Notes under the pieces: model-generated | Databases searched by the model: none | What the model saw: only the letters and a program-made list of their open reading frames with translations | What the model was told of the DNA's origin: nothing | In this document: positions 1 through 8,423 of the stretch, one piece after another | How positions within the stretch are numbered: position 1 is the first letter of the stretch | Layout of the letters: each line of letters starts with the position of its first letter | Position numbers and translations under genes: made by a program | DNA from: a virus | Taxonomy: Duplodnaviria; Caudoviricetes | Direction: 5' to 3' (one strand) | Length of the DNA: 29,091 nt | Virus record (IMG/VR): IMGVR_UViG_3300030372_001012 | Span: 1 to 29,091 of that record

Positions 1-92
1 CAATTCGTAGAAGAAGAACTAGCAGAAAGAATAAGTGAAGCTGTCCGCAAGGGCGTAGACTTTGGTATGTCTTAATGATTAACTTACCTGAT
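1..92. repeat. Terminal direct repeat, copy 1 (circular overlap)
   Basis: Bases 1-92 (caattcgtag...ttacctgat) are identical to 29000-29091. The tape-measure ORF end and the ORF1 start read continuously across the junction. Confidence 0.97.
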
Positions 93-3000
93 AAAATAAA
101 AAATGACCTCTCAGGGAATCTAACCACCGCTGAATATCTTGTAGCGATAAAAACAGACCCAGTTATATATATCAGTACAACTAAGCAGATGTTCCAATCT
201 ACAGATGGTACTGAAGGATATGGTGGTAATTTATTACAAGATAGTGGATTTAATGCAAATAACATATGGGAACTTTCAGGAGATGCAATTATAGAAGATG
301 GGGTTGGTAAGTTTCTAGGGCTTGGTCAATATTCACATTTTAAGATTCCTAACTTACTAGAATTAGGAGAAGAATATAGAATAAAAATTAATTGTATTGA
401 AAAAGAAGAACCATCAACTATAAGAATAAGTCAATGGGAAGTAGCGGGTGACCCAACTTATGAGGTTGTCCCTGAGAATCAAACTGGAGTTTGGAGTAAA
501 ACTTTCATTCCTGATGTCACAGAGGATTTAAAAATATATGTAGGTGATGGAACTAGTAATTGGGATAAGTACGCAACTATAGATAATGTAATTTTGCAAA
601 AACTAGGAATACAACCAGTCTACTACGAGGACTTAGACCTTAAAGTATCTAATATAAAAGAGAAAATAGACCTAAAAACAAAGAAAATACAATTATCTAG
701 TATGAGCCTTAGTTTTAATAATTTCCCTGTAAATGATGTGCGTTTATCAGATAGAATGGGAAATGGTTTAGGCAAAGAGATTAGCGTATATTTAAAAACA
801 GCAAGTTGTGAGTCTATAGAAGATTGTGTTAAAGTTGCGGATTTAAAAATAAATAGATACAGCCACGATAAAAATACAGTAAAGATTGGTGCAGATGATA
901 AGTGGTTAGAGTCATTTTATATAGACTTACCAAGAACTTTACTAGAGAAAGATGTAAATACATTTGAAGCATACAATTTAAAGCCTGTGCCTATCTTGTA
1001 TGGTCATTTAGAAAACGCACCTGCACTTCCATACTATAGCGATTCAGAAGATTATTCATATTTAACTGATGGGGTCAAGGTTTTACCTGACTCATCTTAT
1101 TTAGGTGGAGGTTCTGAGATACAAGGTATAAAGCAATGGAATAGTGCAGACGGTAGTGGTGTCCGAAGGGATTTAGAGCAAATGGATGACCCTAATGTCC
1201 TTAAAATAAAATTAAGCGATTCGTTGTTAGCTAGTGTACCTATAAAGCCATATATAAACACAGTTGATGCTATAAAAGAACTACACAAGCACGCACAATA
1301 CCTTACTTTAGGTGACCATATTAAGATAAATATCCCAAGTGCAGACCCGACTGTAGAGTTTGGTGAATTTGATGATGACATAGGTTTAACAGGTTTGTGG
1401 TGTTCATCGCTATCAAAAATGACTAATAAAAAAATATCTGTATATACTATTGGAAGTATTGGAAATTGGATAGAGCACAATGATATTATTGCTGACGAAA
1501 TGACTATGAAAGGTATAACGACTGGTTATTCAGCTACTACTGAAAATATTCCTAATTGGTGGGAAGATTTACTAGGAATTCCTGATTGGAATGATGTTGC
1601 TTCCTTTTACAAGATTGGAATATTTGATTTAGAGTTTGAGCAAATTAGCGGAATGGATGTATATGAAAATGAGGTCGGAGATGAGCTTCCGACAGATGTG
1701 CAATTTTTAGGCAATGGTTATGTTGAGTGTTTTAACTATAATACTACTATTGAGGACATTGGTTTTTCCTTTTTTGCAAGTTTTGGTCTTTATGCTATAT
1801 ATTCACCATATCAATATGACCCACTCATGTCATCAATAAACAACAGAAGCTACTCACTTGCAACTCCAAGCAAATGGGATTTTACTGGTCTATTTGAATT
1901 GGATGTACTTGCACTTTCTAATTTAATCAATAGGAATGAATTTAAAGTTGGTGGCGTAGCTTCAGGTGAAACATCTTCCCCAAGAAACTACATATCAAGT
2001 TTTAATTCTCGTTTTTTAGGAGATGGTAATGAACCAAATACATTTCGCAGTAGGCAAGAAGGATTATATCAGATATTAAATTCAAATAATGTTGCATTAT
2101 ATTACACTTATCGTGAAGATACTTTTCCTTTGGGCATATTTCCAAGCAATGCGGAATCCACACCATCACACAGCGTTGATGTTAAAACTGATTGGTCTGA
2201 TGTTAAACTTAGAAAGTATTGGAAAAATAAAGACATATTTGAAAAAGATTTTTTTGTAAATGCTAAAGGTAGAGTAAATGGTACTCTAGGTAATTCTAAG
2301 CAAATAAATGCAGAAATAGCTGTTTGGTATGAAAGCATAGATGCTCCTGATGATTATACTACTCACGAGAACAAGCATCTTATAGAACTATATAAATCCT
2401 TGACAGACAGTAGTATGAAGTATAAAAATATTGGTGGGGAAGTTCATGAAATGGTTTTAAGGTCAAGAAATCCTGACGGAACTTACAATTATGCTTTTGA
2501 TTTTGATGTGAATAATTTTTATGCTACAACAGATATATCTAATAGTTCAGGATTTAATATAAATCCATACCCACACTTTGAATCAATAGGTAGTGTGGTG
2601 CATTACTACGGTTGGATTTTTGAAATAACCGCAAAAATATTTGGGGATTTTTATAGCGAAGTAGAATCAGGTCAAAATAATATGTATATGGGTGGCGTTG
2701 AATTAGGATATGCAAAAAAAAATACAATTAATGGAACATTAGTGGATTTTGGAGGCTTCACAAGAGAACCAGACGAAGATAGCGATGGAAATAAATTATT
2801 CAACGGTGTAAATAAGTCTTATTATTCAGCAGGTGATGCGTTAGCTACAATATCAGGATACACAAGGCTCGCTTGGTTTAAAGATGAAGAAGATGATGCA
2901 CCTAATCTACTAGAAAACCCTGAAGATATTATAGGTAATCTCATTAATACAGAGATGAACGCAGGTTCGGTTGTAATGCCTGCGCAAGAAACCAATATGA

Positions 3001-4364
3001 AGTTTGGATTCTCGATTAACGAGCAAGAAAGCTCTAAAGACATTATAGAGAATATATGCAGCCAATCTAATCTATTTTTCAGGTATAGTCCTAGAGATGG
3101 ACAAGCTATTATAGATACTATAAAGCGTTCTTATTCAAATGGCGATGTAGATAAAACTATTGCAACAGATAGAATACTTAAATATTCGTTCGGTAAAACA
3201 AAGATTGATGATTTGTGTTTTGGTGGATGCACAGTTAAGTGGGGATATGATTATGGAAAAGAAGAACTAGCAAACATTACAGAATCTAAAGCTGTGTCTA
3301 GTGATTTTATTGACCAATATCTAGCTGAGTACGGAGTAGAGGACTCAGAGAAATATAAATTAGAAATAGAAGCACCATACATAAACAATCTTGCAACTGC
3401 TGAAAAGTTTAGAGATTTTATGTTTCATTTTTACAAGAACACGCATCTTACAATTAAAGCAACGCTACCAATACAAGAGGGCATAGAATTAGAGGTCGGA
3501 GATATTATAGACTTTGATAATGATATAGGAGGTTTAAAGCCTTATGGAAGTTCTATATTGAATAAATATACTTTAATAGACCAAGACATTTATCCTTATT
3601 TTTTAATTACTAGCGTTTCTAAAACATTAGACAAGGTAGATATAGAAGTTATACAGTTGCATAATTTAATTGGTGTACCAATAGTAGAGGAAGATAATAT
3701 AGATGATGATACAGGTGATGATACAGGTGATGATGTTCAGCCTGACCCTCAAGCCCCAGTTGCACATTTTGAAGGATATGCTTATGACAACAATGGTGAG
3801 AGTGCTGCCTTTCTTTATACTTATGGTGGTTATATAGTTTTTGACCCCTCTACAAGCTATGACGATGATGGTGAAATAGTAGAGAACGAGTGGGTATTAA
3901 GTGTCAAAAAAGATGGAGTTGTGGTACAAAATGGTGATGAAGATTATCCTATTGAATTATTAGAGCAAGTAGAAAATCACAATCAATCAAGTTCACTTTT
4001 AGAGCCTTTAACAATAACTCCACTCCCACATCACGCAGGACTTTCTATTGGACTAGAATTAATAGTAACTGACGATGATGGTATGACTGGTTCTATTGGT
4101 GGAGGTCAAACAGCAATAATGATACTTGCAGGGCTAGACCCTGATGCTTTACCTAATGAAGATGAAGATTATGATTTTGTTGCAGGTGATGTCAATAATG
4201 ATGGAGTGATGGACATCCTAGACATCGTAGCAGTTACACAAAATGTTTTGGGAAATACGGAGTTTACAGAAGATGAAGAAAGAAGGGCTGATATAAATGG
4301 AGATGGAATAATAGATATTTTAGATATAATATTTATGATGAATATTGTAATGGGAGAAGATTAA
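75..4364 (+). CDS. Large tail-tip/hub/central-fibre protein with an inserted carbohydrate-binding-like domain, C-terminal PKD-like domain and dockerin-type duplicated Ca-binding domain
   Basis: 1429 aa, directly after the tape measure gene on the circle (TAATG overlap). Hub-like segment ...LEVGDIIDF...ITSVSK. PKD-like APVAHF...FDPSTSYDDDGEIV..EW...LIVTDDDG. C-terminal GDVNNDGVMDILDIV...RADINGDGIIDILDII. Confidence 0.8.
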   Translation: MINLPDKIKNDLSGNLTTAEYLVAIKTDPVIYISTTKQMFQSTDGTEGYGGNLLQDSGFNANNIWELSGDAIIEDGVGKFLGLGQYSHFKIPNLLELGEEYRIKINCIEKEEPSTIRISQWEVAGDPTYEVVPENQTGVWSKTFIPDVTEDLKIYVGDGTSNWDKYATIDNVILQKLGIQPVYYEDLDLKVSNIKEKIDLKTKKIQLSSMSLSFNNFPVNDVRLSDRMGNGLGKEISVYLKTASCESIEDCVKVADLKINRYSHDKNTVKIGADDKWLESFYIDLPRTLLEKDVNTFEAYNLKPVPILYGHLENAPALPYYSDSEDYSYLTDGVKVLPDSSYLGGGSEIQGIKQWNSADGSGVRRDLEQMDDPNVLKIKLSDSLLASVPIKPYINTVDAIKELHKHAQYLTLGDHIKINIPSADPTVEFGEFDDDIGLTGLWCSSLSKMTNKKISVYTIGSIGNWIEHNDIIADEMTMKGITTGYSATTENIPNWWEDLLGIPDWNDVASFYKIGIFDLEFEQISGMDVYENEVGDELPTDVQFLGNGYVECFNYNTTIEDIGFSFFASFGLYAIYSPYQYDPLMSSINNRSYSLATPSKWDFTGLFELDVLALSNLINRNEFKVGGVASGETSSPRNYISSFNSRFLGDGNEPNTFRSRQEGLYQILNSNNVALYYTYREDTFPLGIFPSNAESTPSHSVDVKTDWSDVKLRKYWKNKDIFEKDFFVNAKGRVNGTLGNSKQINAEIAVWYESIDAPDDYTTHENKHLIELYKSLTDSSMKYKNIGGEVHEMVLRSRNPDGTYNYAFDFDVNNFYATTDISNSSGFNINPYPHFESIGSVVHYYGWIFEITAKIFGDFYSEVESGQNNMYMGGVELGYAKKNTINGTLVDFGGFTREPDEDSDGNKLFNGVNKSYYSAGDALATISGYTRLAWFKDEEDDAPNLLENPEDIIGNLINTEMNAGSVVMPAQETNMKFGFSINEQESSKDIIENICSQSNLFFRYSPRDGQAIIDTIKRSYSNGDVDKTIATDRILKYSFGKTKIDDLCFGGCTVKWGYDYGKEELANITESKAVSSDFIDQYLAEYGVEDSEKYKLEIEAPYINNLATAEKFRDFMFHFYKNTHLTIKATLPIQEGIELEVGDIIDFDNDIGGLKPYGSSILNKYTLIDQDIYPYFLITSVSKTLDKVDIEVIQLHNLIGVPIVEEDNIDDDTGDDTGDDVQPDPQAPVAHFEGYAYDNNGESAAFLYTYGGYIVFDPSTSYDDDGEIVENEWVLSVKKDGVVVQNGDEDYPIELLEQVENHNQSSSLLEPLTITPLPHHAGLSIGLELIVTDDDGMTGSIGGGQTAIMILAGLDPDALPNEDEDYDFVAGDVNNDGVMDILDIVAVTQNVLGNTEFTEDEERRADINGDGIIDILDIIFMMNIVMGED
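3705..3734 (+). repeat. 12-bp tandem repeat (GATGATACAGGT x2.5) encoding an acidic linker DDTGDDTGDD
   Basis: Directly visible; separates the hub-like region from the PKD/dockerin region. Confidence 0.85.
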
Positions 4365-4365
4365 T

Positions 4366-4845
4366 ATGCCTGACATACAGCCACAAATTGACAAAGACTC
4401 TACATTGCAGCGTGTAATTTTAAGAATTACAAAAGATGGTATCGTTCTTGAGTCTGTAGGAAGGGTTGCTGTTTTAAAGATAGATTATAGCGGAGAATTA
4501 AAAGCAGATGTGGTAGGCAGAAATGTGGTTGGAGTAAATAGAGATACCATGATTATATGTTTCGTAGATAAAGTACATACTCCATTTATGAAAATTATAG
4601 GAAGGTATGAATTTAAAAGAGTAACAGCATATTCTTTTGATGGAAAAGCAAGAAATGTGACAATAATTTCAGAGGATGATAAAGTACAAACAATGAGAAC
4701 AGAGTGGGACACATCTGATAGTAAATATGAATATTTAAATTACGCTTATGATGGTAAAAGAGTAAGAAAAACTAGCGTAACATACTTTGATGGAAATAAA
4801 GAAGTTACAGTAAACGATAAAGGTAAAAGAATTAGGAGTAAATAA
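4366..4845 (+). CDS. Hypothetical beta-rich tail-associated protein (possible cohesin-like fold)
   Basis: 159 aa, starts after a 1-nt gap following the dockerin-bearing ORF; alternating hydrophobic beta-strand pattern. Confidence 0.6.
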   Translation: MPDIQPQIDKDSTLQRVILRITKDGIVLESVGRVAVLKIDYSGELKADVVGRNVVGVNRDTMIICFVDKVHTPFMKIIGRYEFKRVTAYSFDGKARNVTIISEDDKVQTMRTEWDTSDSKYEYLNYAYDGKRVRKTSVTYFDGNKEVTVNDKGKRIRSK

Positions 4846-6065
4846 TGGCTGACGAAAGTTATGGTTCAGTAGGGACACCAAGAATATATGTAGATTATGT
4901 GCAGTATGCGAAAGCCATTGGAATGGTTAAATTTTATTATGGTAAGCACTTCATGAATGTTGATGGGACTTATGCAGATGCGTGGGATTTTAATCCTACT
5001 AAGACTATTAAATATCAAGCACATGGAACTAGCGGCTATCCAAGAATTGGAGTGGTGTTCAACAACTCAGATATAGAGCCACCGCCAAACTTTTATTATC
5101 AAGGTGGTACTATCGCCCAATGGACAACACCCACAGCAGAGTCTACTAGAGATATGCAATTTAGAAACTTGCTTAGTACAATAAATTATGGCGGAGTTTT
5201 AAATCATGATTTGGGTACTTTTTTTGATAATGCTAATGGAGCAGGTACTCAAGCGTATAGAAGCATCTCGTTTGGAACAACATCAGGTCATGCAAACGAC
5301 ACGCAAATATTAGGTCAACTTGATAGCATTAATGATGTGGGTTGCACATTATTTAAACATAATTATTTTTCTCTAAGCAATTATGGGGAATATTCAGTAC
5401 AAGACCAACCAAGACTTTTTGAGGGGCTTTATTTGCAGTTAAAAAGTGCTGATTCTAATCAAGACAATTCATTTGGTGGCTCTAGCTTTCAACCAATTTT
5501 AAACTTAGGAGCATTAACAATAGGTCGCTCTTTCGACTTACCACACTCAGCTAACTTGTCACTTAATCAAACAATAAGTTATGATGGTGTACAAAGCAAA
5601 AGAACTATAGGTGGAAGTGATTTGACACAAGTTAATTATTTAAGACCTAAATGGGGTGATTTAGCACCTTGGACTAATGTAGACTTAGATACAACAACTG
5701 TAAATGACAACGATTTTAGCACCGCAGGATTTCAAGGTAGAAGAAGTTGGGACTTATCGTTTAGCTATATATCTAAAGAAGATATGTTCCCTCGTTCATA
5801 TTCAAATAATACAGCAGGGTACTATGATTATGATGACACTCTTGCTTTTGATGATGGAGATAACTCTACTGGACTGTACACAGACAATGTTGTAAATAAT
5901 TGGCTAAACCTAACTCTAGGTGGTCAGATACCATTTATCTTCCAACCTAACAAAGACAAGCCTACTGACTTTGCAATAGTAAAGATGGATAAGAACTCAT
6001 TACAGATTACACAACAAGCACCTATGCTTTATCAATTTAAGGTTAAGTTAGTAGAACAATTTTAA
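4845..6065 (+). CDS. Putative distal/minor tail protein (Dit/gpM-like C-terminal half)
   Basis: 406 aa at the end of the tail operon; C-terminal motifs such as GRRSWDLSFSYI...PFIFQP...YQFKVKLVEQF resemble distal tail proteins. Confidence 0.55.
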   Translation: MADESYGSVGTPRIYVDYVQYAKAIGMVKFYYGKHFMNVDGTYADAWDFNPTKTIKYQAHGTSGYPRIGVVFNNSDIEPPPNFYYQGGTIAQWTTPTAESTRDMQFRNLLSTINYGGVLNHDLGTFFDNANGAGTQAYRSISFGTTSGHANDTQILGQLDSINDVGCTLFKHNYFSLSNYGEYSVQDQPRLFEGLYLQLKSADSNQDNSFGGSSFQPILNLGALTIGRSFDLPHSANLSLNQTISYDGVQSKRTIGGSDLTQVNYLRPKWGDLAPWTNVDLDTTTVNDNDFSTAGFQGRRSWDLSFSYISKEDMFPRSYSNNTAGYYDYDDTLAFDDGDNSTGLYTDNVVNNWLNLTLGGQIPFIFQPNKDKPTDFAIVKMDKNSLQITQQAPMLYQFKVKLVEQF

Positions 6066-6104
6066 TTTCCCTCCGACTACCCTATCCGTGTAGTTCGGTA
6101 TAGC

Positions 6105-6145
6105 AAAAAAGAGCCTTTACTTTAAGTAGTAAGGGCTTTTTTTTT
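6105..6145 (+). terminator. Intrinsic terminator of the late/tail operon (possibly bidirectional)
   Basis: Stem AGCCTTTAC (6112-6120) / GTAAGGGCT (6129-6137) followed by a T-run, with an A-run upstream. Confidence 0.88.
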
Positions 6146-6199
6146 ATACTATTTGTATTCTAAAGTGGTAAAAAAATATTCAAATAAACAAAAAAACAT

Positions 6200-6235
6200 T
6201 TGGAATTGTCAATTATTATAGCGAAGTTATCTATG
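6200..6235 (+). promoter_or_regulatory. Putative early promoter
   Basis: A-rich upstream tract, then TTGGAA(6200)-17 bp-GAAGTT, or alternatively TTGTCA(6206)-16 bp-TATCTA. Lies between the terminator and the first early gene. Confidence 0.4.
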
Positions 6236-6265
6236 TCAGACAATAAAACAAAACAGGAGAGCAAA

Positions 6266-6442
6266 ATGAACATAAATGTAAGATGCACAAAATGTGGTAA
6301 CAAACCAAACCTTATGCCTAGATGGACAGGTCAGGAGTATTTTTATATAGGTGATTGCATTACCTGTAAAGACCCACACGCAGAGTTCGTAGGCGATAAT
6401 CCTGAAACATATGAAGGAGATGACTATGCTGACTTATCATAA
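6266..6442 (+). CDS. Small zinc-ribbon protein (58 aa)
   Basis: Start moved to ATG 6266 after RBS AGGAGAG; CTKC...CITC motif. Confidence 0.7.
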   Translation: MNINVRCTKCGNKPNLMPRWTGQEYFYIGDCITCKDPHAEFVGDNPETYEGDDYADLS

Positions 6443-6599
6443 GGAACAACTATATAAAAGATTAGACGAATTAGGATTTAGTGGTAATAAGATTACTGGC
6501 TTTTTTGTAGGTGATAGATTTGCTACAATTAGATTGAGTGGTGGATTTATAATAAAGCTAGAAATAGATAGCAATGAATATCAAATAATACAATCATAG
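6426..6599 (+). CDS. Hypothetical protein (57 aa)
   Basis: Start at ATG 6426 after AAGGAG; part of the early operon. Confidence 0.6.
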   Translation: MLTYHKEQLYKRLDELGFSGNKITGFFVGDRFATIRLSGGFIIKLEIDSNEYQIIQS

Positions 6600-6607
6600 G
6601 AGAGTGT

Positions 6608-6730
6608 ATGGAATTTTTAGACGAATTATATAAATGGGAGTTAATAATTACAGCAATAATGAAGTTTTCAGTAACACTTGCAATTTGGATTTGGGTGTAT
6701 GAAAATATGATAAATGGGGGGAGAAGATAA
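6608..6730 (+). CDS. Small membrane protein (40 aa, MEFLDELYKWELIITAIMKFSVTLAIWIWVYENMINGGRR), not in the ORF track
   Basis: RBS TAGGAGAG; hydrophobic segment; stop overlaps the next ATG (TAATG). Confidence 0.7.
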   Translation: MEFLDELYKWELIITAIMKFSVTLAIWIWVYENMINGGRR

Positions 6731-7215
6731 TGATACCTAAAAATGATTTACCTAAAACAGATATTAAGGGAAAAGATTATGTGTTAGTCAAAGATAGGGT
6801 AATAGAATTACATAATCAATGTGATAAGTTTAATTTAACTACCGAAATAATTAGTGATGATGACAAGAGGGTGGTGATGAAAACAACATTAGAGTTTGAT
6901 GGGTGTTTTTATACAGGGATTGCTAGTGAGTTGAAAAATCAGCATTGTGCTTATGAAAATTGTGAAACCTCATCTGTTGGGCGTTGTTTAGGCTTTTTTG
7001 GAATTGGAATCATTGAGAGTATTGCAAGTGCAGATGAGATGCGAAAGTTTCATAATAATAAATCTAATGATAAGCCTAAACCTGCATCAGAAAAGCAATT
7101 ATATCTTATAAAGCTAAAATGTGAGCAAAATGGAATTAATCCATCTCAATATTTAGAAGAAGAACTAACAATGCAACAAGCACGAGAAATTATAGAACAA
7201 TTAAAAGGAGAATAA
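6730..7215 (+). CDS. Single-strand annealing recombinase (Rad52/Sak-like)
   Basis: IKGKDYV..KDR, ENCETSSVGRCLGFFGIGI..SIASADEM and C-terminal ASEKQ motifs typical of phage SSAPs. Confidence 0.7.
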   Translation: MIPKNDLPKTDIKGKDYVLVKDRVIELHNQCDKFNLTTEIISDDDKRVVMKTTLEFDGCFYTGIASELKNQHCAYENCETSSVGRCLGFFGIGIIESIASADEMRKFHNNKSNDKPKPASEKQLYLIKLKCEQNGINPSQYLEEELTMQQAREIIEQLKGE

Positions 7216-8171
7216 TGTTAGTTTATAAAATTATTAACTTGAAAAACGACAAGGTTTATTTTTCTGCAACTAGCAAGAAGATTAATATCGCTTGGTCAAT
7301 ACAAAAGTCCGCAGCAAGGATGAACAGAAAAAAAATGAAATTAAAGGATGCTTATACAAGTAAGAGTCCGCTACACGAGGCATTAATTAATTATGGAGAG
7401 TGGAATTTTGACTATGAGGTTATTGCTCGTAATTTATCTAAAAAACAAGCATATAAATTAAAAGAGCATCTGATAAAAGAGCATAAATCAGACAATCCTA
7501 TATATGGATATAATTGCACAACTGGTGGGGAAAGCTATAAAATTAATAAGGAAACTATTAAAAAGCAGTCCGAATCCAATATGGGTAAAATTATGCCTGA
7601 ATCTTTTGTTGATATGATGAAAAAAAGAAAAGGGAAATTACATCCTTGCTACGGATATAAACATTCAAAAGAAACGAAAGAAAATATGAGGTTGGCTCAA
7701 TTAAATTCCGATTATGTTCATACACAAGAACATAAGAGAAAAATAGGTTTAGCTAGTAAAAAGGTTTGGTCTGATGAGAAGTTTAAACAAAAAATGTCAA
7801 AAAAGCGTAAAGAGATGGGGTTATGGAAGGGCAAAAACAATCCCATGTATGGAAAGAGCAGAAAAGGCAAAGACAATCCTATGTATGGTAGGATAGGAAA
7901 ATTAAATCCACAATATGGAAAAGTTCTTCCAAAAGAGCACTTTGATAAATTGCAAAAAGGCAGAATTGAATATCTTTCAAAAAGAAAATCCAAATTATTA
8001 GAAGATATAAAAAATAGAACAGAAAAAAAATGTAATAAATGTAATAAGACAAAACCATTAAATGAATATTATAAAAATTCAAGGACATTAGATTTTTTGT
8101 GTTATGTTTGTAAAAAATGTGATAAAAAAAGAAGGGTTATGTCTAGAAAACAAAAAAGGAGAGTAGTATGA
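7215..8171 (+). CDS. GIY-YIG homing-endonuclease-like protein with NUMOD3-type repeats and a C-terminal Zn finger (degenerate catalytic site)
   Basis: LVYKIINLKNDKVYFSAT...GYN; repeats HSKETKENMR and KGKNNPMYGK; C-terminal KKCNKC...CYVCKKC. Confidence 0.8.
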   Translation: MLVYKIINLKNDKVYFSATSKKINIAWSIQKSAARMNRKKMKLKDAYTSKSPLHEALINYGEWNFDYEVIARNLSKKQAYKLKEHLIKEHKSDNPIYGYNCTTGGESYKINKETIKKQSESNMGKIMPESFVDMMKKRKGKLHPCYGYKHSKETKENMRLAQLNSDYVHTQEHKRKIGLASKKVWSDEKFKQKMSKKRKEMGLWKGKNNPMYGKSRKGKDNPMYGRIGKLNPQYGKVLPKEHFDKLQKGRIEYLSKRKSKLLEDIKNRTEKKCNKCNKTKPLNEYYKNSRTLDFLCYVCKKCDKKRRVMSRKQKRRVV

Positions 8172-8422
8172 AAATAGATAAAATGACCAAAGGTAGTTGG
8201 GGTAAGATTAGAGCATATTTCAGCGTAGAGGTATCAGGTTTTACCATGAAGGGCTTTAAGCTAATAGAAGGAATGAATGGATTGTTTGCTGCACCTCCAT
8301 CACAAAAAGATGAAGATGGTAAATACAACAATACAGTATTCATAGAAAAAGAAACACTAAACACATTAACAAAGATGGCTATAAAAGAATATGGTGCTGA
8401 TAGCGGCACTATGCCTTTTTAA
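8168..8422 (+). CDS. SpoVG-family nucleic-acid binding protein
   Basis: KIRAYFSV...GFKLIEG.NGLFAAPPSQKDEDGKY matches the SpoVG-family pattern; ends in MPF. Confidence 0.8.
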   Translation: MKIDKMTKGSWGKIRAYFSVEVSGFTMKGFKLIEGMNGLFAAPPSQKDEDGKYNNTVFIEKETLNTLTKMAIKEYGADSGTMPF

Positions 8423-8423
8423 T

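Noticed and set aside
1-92. 92-bp terminal repeat as a biological DTR
   Set aside because: It falls inside the coupled TMP/ORF1 junction; more likely an assembly overlap of a circular or permuted genome.
75-6065. Diversity-generating retroelement targeting tail genes
   Set aside because: No reverse transcriptase and no TR/VR repeat pair seen; the two dockerin repeats are ordinary domain duplication.
7827-7920. Short repeats as a CRISPR-like array
   Set aside because: In-frame coding repeats (KGKxNPMYG) with no spacers and no cas genes.
7215-8171. Group I intron carrying the GIY-YIG ORF
   Set aside because: The ORF overlaps the stop and start codons of both neighbours, leaving no room for intron core structure, and the flanking genes look complete.
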